Positions 57,105 to 64,000 of a stretch of DNA of 64,000 nucleotides are shown in pieces. Position numbers and translations under genes: made by a program. The notes beneath the pieces are model-generated. The model was not told the origin of the DNA. It saw only the letters and a list, made by a program, of their open reading frames with translations, and did not search any database. Each line of letters starts with the position of its first letter. The stretch's first letter is position 1. This DNA is from an uncultured bacterium (GTDB taxonomy: Bacteria > Patescibacteriota > Minisyncoccia > Moranbacterales > UBA2206): assembly GCA_903937035.1 (NCBI GenBank), contig CAIZXS010000020.1:3443-67442 (forward strand), written 5' to 3'.

Positions 57105-59168
57105 TTAAATGATTATTTTAACGTCAACTCCGACCGCCTCATTTCCATTATTATAAACCAGAAGTGGATTTATATCAAACTCGGCAACATCTCCTGCTTC
57201 CTGCGAAAATTCACCCAAAGCCAAAATAATTTGCGCCAACTCCGAAACATTATATGTTTTCTGCCCACGCACGCCCCGGAAAAGAAAACCCAGTTTTCCC
57301 TCTCGCAAAGATTTCTCTATGGCCTCTTTTGAAAAAGGTGGGATAACCATCTCGGCTAATTTGAATACTTCCGTGTAAATTCCTCCTAGGCCGTAGACAA
57401 CAACTGGGCCAAAATTAGCATCTTTTTTGATTCCGAGGATTATTTCCATATCTCTTCCAAGCATTGGCTGGATAATCAATCTCGCCCCAGGAAAATTATT
57501 CCGCATCTTTTGAAATGCCATCTCCAATTCAAGCTGATTTTTTAGATTCAAAATCAATCCCTGCTTATCAGTTTTATGCAAAACCGCGTCACTATCCACT
57601 TTGAGCACTACTGGAAAATTATTATGAACCGGCAAGGCCTCGCCAACACAAACCTCAAAAGCATCAACTGTTTTGATGCCGTACATCTCCATAATTTTTC
57701 GACTTTCTGAAAAATAAAGCGCATGTCTATTTTCCGCTCTGGCAAAGTTGATAAATGCCGCCACGTGATCCTTTCGCCCTTGGTTCATATTGTCAGAAAA
57801 ATTTTCATCATGGCTATCTTCCTTCAAATTCCAACGATAATACGCATCCAAAACAGAAACAGCACCCTCGGGAAAAGCAAAATTAAAAATATTATCCATT
57901 CGCAATTTTTTTATTCCCTTTTCTACTTTCTTACCACCCACAAATGATGCCACGATTGTTTTTTCACTCTTTGCATTAAATCTCGTAATCACGCGAGCAA
58001 TTTTTTCCACGGGTGTTTGATCTTGAGGAGTCAAAAGACAAATAATCGCGCTAATCTCCGAGTCTTTTTCAATGACTTGTAACACTTTCTTGTAGCGGTC
58101 TTCCTTCGCATCACCCAGCAGATCAATTGGGTTTTCCACAGAGGCTTCTTCTGGCAAAATTCTCCTGAGAGCTTGCTTTGTTTTTTCACTAAGCTCCGCC
58201 AAAACAATCTCTTTTTGAAAAAACGCATCTGTCGTAAGGACGCCAAGCCCTCCTGCATTAGTAATGACCGCAATTTTATTTTTCTCCATTTTCTTGTTAT
58301 GTGAAATAAATCCGATCAGATTGAAAAACTCTTCCAAATCCTTGGCACGCAAAATTCCTGCCTTTCTAAATGCCACGTTCATTATTTCATCACTACCGGC
58401 TAAAGCTCCCGTGTGCGAAGCAATCGCCTTTTGAGAACGCTCCGTTTTCCCCGCTTTCAGAATTACTATTGGCTTGCTCTTCGAAACGCGACTCGCGATT
58501 TTCATGAATTCAACACCATCTTCGATTCCTTCAAGATACATTCCGATCACTGCTGTATCTTCGTCTTTTTCCAAATAGTCCAGCATTTCGGTCTCAGTTA
58601 TATTCATCTTGTTGCCAATCGAAACAATTTTGGAAAAATAGATTTTTTCCGCCTTGGCCAGATCCGTAAGCGCCACCGCGAGTGCCCCTGATTGAGTCAC
58701 GAAAGCGATATTCCCTGCTTCAGGCAGACCACTTGCAAACGAAGCATTAAGATTCAATTTGGGAATAATGAAGCCCAAACAATTCGGGCCTAAAATATTC
58801 AAATCATGCTCTTTTGCAAGCTGCAAAAGCTCTGCTTCACGCGCCTTACCCTCTTCGCCATTTTCCGAAAAACCAGCAGAAATAATCACAAAATTTTTTG
58901 CTTTACCCATATTTTCACGAATCTCACTAGCCACAAATTTGGCCGGAATTGCCATAATCACCAAATCAACCTCGCCTTCCACATCAGTTAGTTTGTGGTA
59001 ACATCTAGCATCAGAGATTTGATCATATTTTGGATTGACCAAGAAGACTTTTCCCACATAACCAAGTTCCAAAATATTTTTCGCGATAACCGTTCCCACT
59101 TTTCCCGCTTCCTGCGAAGCACCGACAATAGCAATGGACTTCGGGTTAAATAGTTTTTCTAGATTCAT
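57105..59168 (-). CDS. ADP-forming acetyl-CoA synthetase (fused alpha/beta, NDP-forming acyl-CoA ligase)
   Basis: CoA-binding IAIVGAS...GKVG, succinyl-CoA-synthetase-like ligase core, C-terminal ATP-grasp. Confidence 0.85.
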   Translation of the reverse strand: MNLEKLFNPKSIAIVGASQEAGKVGTVIAKNILELGYVGKVFLVNPKYDQISDARCYHKLTDVEGEVDLVIMAIPAKFVASEIRENMGKAKNFVIISAGFSENGEEGKAREAELLQLAKEHDLNILGPNCLGFIIPKLNLNASFASGLPEAGNIAFVTQSGALAVALTDLAKAEKIYFSKIVSIGNKMNITETEMLDYLEKDEDTAVIGMYLEGIEDGVEFMKIASRVSKSKPIVILKAGKTERSQKAIASHTGALAGSDEIMNVAFRKAGILRAKDLEEFFNLIGFISHNKKMEKNKIAVITNAGGLGVLTTDAFFQKEIVLAELSEKTKQALRRILPEEASVENPIDLLGDAKEDRYKKVLQVIEKDSEISAIICLLTPQDQTPVEKIARVITRFNAKSEKTIVASFVGGKKVEKGIKKLRMDNIFNFAFPEGAVSVLDAYYRWNLKEDSHDENFSDNMNQGRKDHVAAFINFARAENRHALYFSESRKIMEMYGIKTVDAFEVCVGEALPVHNNFPVVLKVDSDAVLHKTDKQGLILNLKNQLELEMAFQKMRNNFPGARLIIQPMLGRDMEIILGIKKDANFGPVVVYGLGGIYTEVFKLAEMVIPPFSKEAIEKSLREGKLGFLFRGVRGQKTYNVSELAQIILALGEFSQEAGDVAEFDINPLLVYNNGNEAVGVDVKIII

Positions 59169-59183
59169 AATTTTTAATTTAGA

Positions 59184-60161
59184 TTATTTTATTTTCAAAA
59201 TCCCCTCCTCATCCAACAGTCCATCAATCGAGCCATAAAATTGCACTTCATTAGAGCTATTAGCAATGCCCCAATCCAGACACTCTTTTAAGGTTTTTTC
59301 CTTAAGATAGCTCCCCAGAAAACCGCTAGCAAAAGCATCGCCCGCGCCAGTAGAATCAAGCGCTTTAACTTTCCGACCAGGCACAAAAAAAGTCTCCGTG
59401 CCATCACTCGCCCAAGCGCCACGCACACCGTCCGTCATCACAACAATTTCCGCTCCGATTTTTTTCAACCCTGCTAGAAGAAAATCTTCATTTTCTAATT
59501 CTTCAGTGGAAAAATCATTTGTCTGAGAAAGAATTTCTAATGCCTCATCTTTGTTAAGAAATAATATCTTTGTTCCCGCTATTATTTCTACTATTTTTTT
59601 TACGTCATCATGAATATTGATTTGCTTTGGATTATAGGCAAGCTTAACCTTATTTTCTCGCGCCACATTGAAAATCAAATCCAAATGCCCCTGCCAATTT
59701 CCATGTAAATCACCAATAAAAATCCACTCCGCGGAACTGATTTTTCCCGGAATTATTTCTAAATTAGCATTAGCTTTTTGATTGGAAAAAATCACCCGCT
59801 CAGCCGAGGCCCTGTCCACAATAATGGCTGACATATCGCTGGATAATTTTTCATCTTTAGTTATAAATTCCGTTCCAACATTGTTCTTTTTTAACTCCAC
59901 AAGAATCCAATCGGCGATGTGATCGTTGCCAATATGCGAATAGCACGAAACTTGAGTCCCTAAGCGCGCGAGTCCTACTGCCACATTAACAGCGCAACCA
60001 CCAAGTGCCTCATAACGATCCTCAATTTTATATTTAGCGCCCAGCTCAAACTCAATTTTCTTTTGACTCAGAATTTCGTCTGGCGTTTCCACGATCCTTC
60101 CTTCGGAAGTTGGAAAAAAAACATCCTTGCAAGCTGAACCGATACAAATTATTTTATTCAT
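59184..60161 (-). CDS. PfkB-family carbohydrate kinase
   Basis: GGCAVNVAVGLARLG and DSTGAGDAFASGFL motifs. Confidence 0.8.
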   Translation of the reverse strand: MNKIICIGSACKDVFFPTSEGRIVETPDEILSQKKIEFELGAKYKIEDRYEALGGCAVNVAVGLARLGTQVSCYSHIGNDHIADWILVELKKNNVGTEFITKDEKLSSDMSAIIVDRASAERVIFSNQKANANLEIIPGKISSAEWIFIGDLHGNWQGHLDLIFNVARENKVKLAYNPKQINIHDDVKKIVEIIAGTKILFLNKDEALEILSQTNDFSTEELENEDFLLAGLKKIGAEIVVMTDGVRGAWASDGTETFFVPGRKVKALDSTGAGDAFASGFLGSYLKEKTLKECLDWGIANSSNEVQFYGSIDGLLDEEGILKIK

Positions 60162-60182
60162 ATTTTTTTTACCTAGTTAAAT

Positions 60183-61736
60183 TTATTTTAGCAACGAATT
60201 CTTAGACATTAGTTTTGGCTTATCGATTCCCAGTATATCCAAGATAGTTGGCGCAATATTCCCCAGCGTTCCTCCATCACGCAATTTTTTGTCTTTAAAC
60301 TTTTCTGAAACGATGAGAAAAGGCACTGGGTTTTTGGTGTGATAGGTATTAGGCTGATCACTATCAAAGTCAATCATATCATCAGCGTTACCATGATCTG
60401 CGGTAATAACCAAATTACCGCCTAATTTCAAAACCTCGCGCTCTAAACTCTCTACTTGTTCATCCAAAAACTCAACTGCTTTTATCGTCGCGGCCAAATC
60501 GCCCGTATGGCCCACCATATCAGCATTGGCATAATTTATCACGATAAAATCGTATTCTTTCTTTTCCAAAGCCGCTAATGCTACATCAGTCACAAGCTTA
60601 GCTGACATTTCCGGCACATTTGCGTAGGAATCGACAACGGGAGACTTAATCATAACCCGCACTTCCCCATCAACTGGATCAGCATAGCCACCATTGAGAA
60701 AATATGTCACATGGGCAAATTTTTCAGACTCAGCGATATAGAGTTGGCGAAGTTGTCCAAGCGCCATCGGCAATGTTGCCAGAATCGTATGTTCAGGAAA
60801 AGCCGTGTGCTCATCCAACCCAGGACCAAAATCAGTGAGGGCTACGAAGTATAGATTTTTAATCTTATCGATAATCGGCATGTCATCATTTAAAATACTT
60901 TTTTCATCAACTGCAACAAATAGTTTGCTAAATTGCCTCGCTCTATCTGAACGAAAATTATAGAAAATAACCGAATCATCTCTTTTAATTTGAACGACGG
61001 GCGCACCATTTTCTAGGATTACCGTCGGCAAAAGATATTCATCCGTGAGACCAGCTGCATAGGCTTTTTCGATTGCCTCCTCGGCTGAAGCTGCCTTTTC
61101 GCCACGAGCAAACACTGCGGCGTCATAAGCCAGAGTTAGTCGTTTCCAATTTTTTGCTCGATCCATCGCATAAAACCGACCAGAAAGCGTGGCAATTATT
61201 CCAATGCCTTCTTCTGCAATAATGCGCCTAAAATATTTCAAATGCTCCAGTGCACTTTTGGGATAAGAATCTCGGCCATCGGAAAATAAATGACAATAGA
61301 CTTCTTTGATATTATTTTTCTTTGCTAATCTGAGAATTGCACGGAAATGCTCCGGATCACTGTGTGGACTATCCCCATTGCCCATTAGCCCCATTACATG
61401 AAGATTGCTTCCAGACTCTTTTACGTGTCTTATCGCGCCAGTCATAGCTGGATTCATGAAAAAGCTACCATCCTTGATGCTATCAGAAATATATTTTGAA
61501 TCTTGCGGCACGATCCTCCCAGCTCCAATATTCATATGCCCCGCTTCCGAGCCACTCATCTTATGATCAGGAAGTCCCACGCAAGTACCTGTCGCACAAA
61601 GCGTTGTTGATGGATACATCTCAAATAACCGATCAATCGTCGGTTTTTTCGCCAAAGTGATCGCATTGCCTTTCCCAGGCGGAGCAATGCCATAGCCATC
61701 AAGAATTACCAGAAGTGTCGGAGATCCATTATTCAT
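60183..61736 (-). CDS. gpmI: 2,3-bisphosphoglycerate-independent phosphoglycerate mutase
   Basis: LVILDGYGI N-terminus and the metalloenzyme and alkaline-phosphatase-like domains. Confidence 0.9.
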   Translation of the reverse strand: MNNGSPTLLVILDGYGIAPPGKGNAITLAKKPTIDRLFEMYPSTTLCATGTCVGLPDHKMSGSEAGHMNIGAGRIVPQDSKYISDSIKDGSFFMNPAMTGAIRHVKESGSNLHVMGLMGNGDSPHSDPEHFRAILRLAKKNNIKEVYCHLFSDGRDSYPKSALEHLKYFRRIIAEEGIGIIATLSGRFYAMDRAKNWKRLTLAYDAAVFARGEKAASAEEAIEKAYAAGLTDEYLLPTVILENGAPVVQIKRDDSVIFYNFRSDRARQFSKLFVAVDEKSILNDDMPIIDKIKNLYFVALTDFGPGLDEHTAFPEHTILATLPMALGQLRQLYIAESEKFAHVTYFLNGGYADPVDGEVRVMIKSPVVDSYANVPEMSAKLVTDVALAALEKKEYDFIVINYANADMVGHTGDLAATIKAVEFLDEQVESLEREVLKLGGNLVITADHGNADDMIDFDSDQPNTYHTKNPVPFLIVSEKFKDKKLRDGGTLGNIAPTILDILGIDKPKLMSKNSLLK

Positions 61737-61770
61737 AGCGATTATTCTTTAAAAATCTTTTAATAAAATA

Positions 61771-62700
61771 TTAGGAAGCTTTGCAATAACCCCTGAGCCA
61801 ATCCTTATCAGAAACCCAAGAGCATTGCATCTCCAAATTACAAGAAGCCGCATCACTAGAGCTGAAACATTTCACATCCGCCCCACTAGCATCAATACAG
61901 GCGCCATTTCGACAACCGTTAGTACATTTAAAGGTATCGCCACCGTAAGCGTAACCATTGTTATCACACATTGCCTCCATTAAAAGATCAGAATCAGGCA
62001 AGCAAAGATCATTGGTTTTATTTTTCTTCCCGTCTCTACTATACCATTCCACATATCCAAATTTATCTGGCCGGTATCCACCATCAGAATCAACACACTC
62101 CTTACCCGCCTTGGCCAATTCACCATTTTCAGCTTTGGAGATACTCGTTCTAATTCGCAATTCTCTCACAAATGACTCTCCTGGCTGAAGATCATTCACC
62201 TCAACTGTTTCATGAAACATTCGATCACTCTCATTAAAAAATTCTACCCAATAATTTTGAAATGGCTGCATATCGAAAAAATAGCATTCCCCATTGGCAT
62301 CCGTTTTTTTGCTATAGAGTCCAGTGGTTGTTAGATTTGGATTTTTCTGCACAACCGAAAGCTGGCACAATAGTCCGGGAACAACAGCTCCATCTAACTT
62401 CTTAACTGTTACCAAAATAGTTCCGTACTTTGAGTTATTATTTCCAGAAATCGACTCTTCTGATTGATGCGCAGGCTCAGCTTTTGGCACTTCAATTGAC
62501 CTTTGATCATTTCCATTATCCACAAGAGAATCGGCACCATTCATTGCCTCCCTGGAAAACAATGATTCACCATCTCTCAGCTCATCCGTTATGTTTCTTT
62601 TTGGCGGGTCATAAACAGACAAGAAATAAGCAAAAACAGCAACGACAAAAAACAGCATCATCCCTATTCCTGTAGCAATTATTTTTTTTCGGTGATCCAT
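61771..62700 (-). CDS. membrane-anchored protein with carboxypeptidase-regulatory-like fold and Cys-rich C-terminus, unknown function
   Basis: N-terminal TM (IGMMLFFVVAVFAYFL), GTILVTVKKLDGAVVPG transthyretin-like segment, 12 Cys in the last 90 aa. Confidence 0.45.
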   Translation of the reverse strand: MDHRKKIIATGIGMMLFFVVAVFAYFLSVYDPPKRNITDELRDGESLFSREAMNGADSLVDNGNDQRSIEVPKAEPAHQSEESISGNNNSKYGTILVTVKKLDGAVVPGLLCQLSVVQKNPNLTTTGLYSKKTDANGECYFFDMQPFQNYWVEFFNESDRMFHETVEVNDLQPGESFVRELRIRTSISKAENGELAKAGKECVDSDGGYRPDKFGYVEWYSRDGKKNKTNDLCLPDSDLLMEAMCDNNGYAYGGDTFKCTNGCRNGACIDASGADVKCFSSSDAASCNLEMQCSWVSDKDWLRGYCKAS

Positions 62701-62712
62701 CGGTGTTATAGA

Positions 62713-63966
62713 CTATATTTCTTCTTCAATTCGGAGAAGCCGATTATATTTGCAAATCCTCTCTCCGCGTGAAAGTGAGCCAGATTTAATATACTCCGCG
62801 GAAGTTCCAACCGCCAAATCAGCAATAAAATCATCTGTTGTTTCACCAGAGCGGTGCGAAACAACGATTTTCATCTTATTTTTCTTGGCCAATTTTATAC
62901 AATCAATTGTTTCGCTAAGCGTTCCGATCTGGTTAACTTTGATAAGCACGGCGTTACAAGCTTTCTTGGCAATTGCCATCTTGAGCCTTTTGACATTTGT
63001 CACCAGCAGATCATCTCCGATTGTCATCACCTTCCCTCCAATCTTATCATTCATCTTGGCCCAACCATCAAAATCATCTTCAGAAAGACCATCTTCCACG
63101 GAAATAACATTATATTTTCTGATCCATTCAGCATAGATATTAACCAAAGCCTCTCGACTCAAAACAGCATTTTCCGGCTTGAAGAGATATTGTTTTTCCG
63201 CTTCATTGAAAAACGAACTCGCTGCCGCGTCAATTCCCAAATTAACTTCTTGCCCTTTTTTATAACCAGCCTTTTCAATTGCCAGATTAATTAGTTCCAG
63301 TGCTTGAGCATTACTCTCAAGTTTTGGAGCAAACCCTCCCTCATCACCCACGCCAATGCTAAAACCCTCGGCAGACAGCAACTTTTGAAGGGCATGAAAA
63401 ACCTCACTACCCGCGCGAAGCTGCTCCTTGAACTTCTTAACTCCATTGGGAACTAGCTTATATTCTTGGATGGAAAGTCCTGAGTCACTATGTTGACCAC
63501 CATTGATAATATTGAACATTGGGATTGGCAATTTGAACTTTTTTGGTAGCTTATACGTCTGCGCGATATATTTATATAGCGGCAAATTAAGTTCATGAGC
63601 CATTGCGCGACAAACCGCCACGGAAACGCCCAAAATAGCATTTGCCCCCAAGTTAGTCTTATTTTCCGTTCCATCTAACACCAGCATTGCTTTGTCAATT
63701 TCCTTCTGATTTCCTGCCTCCATGCCAATGAGCGCTTTTTGAATTTTTTCATTGACATTAGCCACCGCATTTTGAACACCCAGTCCGTTATAGCGAGAAC
63801 TGTCACCATCTCGCATTTCTAGCGCCTCATGCACTCCTGTTGATGCGCCAGATGGAACCATAAAATTCCCCACCGCGCCAGACGCAAGTCTCACTTCCAC
63901 CTCCACAGTGGGATTACCACGAGAATCTAAAATTTCTCGCGCGTAAATTTTTTTGATTTTTGACAT
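62713..63966 (-). CDS. eno: enolase
   Basis: Enolase signature SHRSGETTD and Mg-binding residues. Confidence 0.95.
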   Translation of the reverse strand: MSKIKKIYAREILDSRGNPTVEVEVRLASGAVGNFMVPSGASTGVHEALEMRDGDSSRYNGLGVQNAVANVNEKIQKALIGMEAGNQKEIDKAMLVLDGTENKTNLGANAILGVSVAVCRAMAHELNLPLYKYIAQTYKLPKKFKLPIPMFNIINGGQHSDSGLSIQEYKLVPNGVKKFKEQLRAGSEVFHALQKLLSAEGFSIGVGDEGGFAPKLESNAQALELINLAIEKAGYKKGQEVNLGIDAAASSFFNEAEKQYLFKPENAVLSREALVNIYAEWIRKYNVISVEDGLSEDDFDGWAKMNDKIGGKVMTIGDDLLVTNVKRLKMAIAKKACNAVLIKVNQIGTLSETIDCIKLAKKNKMKIVVSHRSGETTDDFIADLAVGTSAEYIKSGSLSRGERICKYNRLLRIEEEI

Positions 63967-64000
63967 AGTTATTATAATAAATAAATTATTAAATTTTTAT

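Noticed and set aside
1-64000. CRISPR array or alternative genetic code
   Set aside because: No regularly spaced direct repeats with unique spacers. ORFs are long and intact under the standard code, so there is no sign of UGA recoding.

Overview
AT-rich, gene-dense bacterial window of about 63 protein genes and 2 tRNAs, most of them on the minus strand. The gene content is consistent with a small-genome fermentative bacterium of the Candidate Phyla Radiation/Patescibacteria type (inference from content only). It includes cell division (ftsA, ftsZ, smc), replication and repair (dnaB, recR, recJ, rnhA), pyruvate:ferredoxin oxidoreductase plus ADP-forming acetyl-CoA synthetase, lower glycolysis (eno, gpmI), thioredoxin/thioredoxin reductase, isoprenoid genes (ispH, uppS, a polyprenyl synthetase), a MacAB/HlyD-type efflux cluster and envelope-lipid genes. 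Features not explained by standard annotation are listed here in window order. (a) Two tandem paralogous giant cysteine-rich bipartite surface proteins of 986 and 1141 aa, followed by a small membrane-anchored protein; a paralogue of that small protein sits next to a secreted BNR-repeat protein at the window start. (b) Three GC-rich hairpin-pair composite elements bounded by TGTCAT...ATGACA, with compensatory stem changes, plus degenerate copies; translating them produces the spurious CHSREGG.P / IPACAGMT peptides. (c) Long AT-rich palindromes that fill every intergenic gap of the efflux cluster and the dnaB-recR gap. (d) A four-subunit PFOR operon interrupted by a GluR0-like ligand-gated K+ channel (TVGYGD filter inside a split substrate-binding domain) and by a polytopic membrane protein. 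Further observations: a (TGTTTCA)6 microsatellite between trxA and trxB, a CorA with GMN replaced by AMS behind a structured leader, both tRNAs with partial duplicates nearby, and a small Cys-rich ORF encoded antisense inside the efflux cluster. No CRISPR array, rRNA or obvious transposase gene is present. Coordinates of non-CDS features were indexed by hand and may be off by 1-2 nt.
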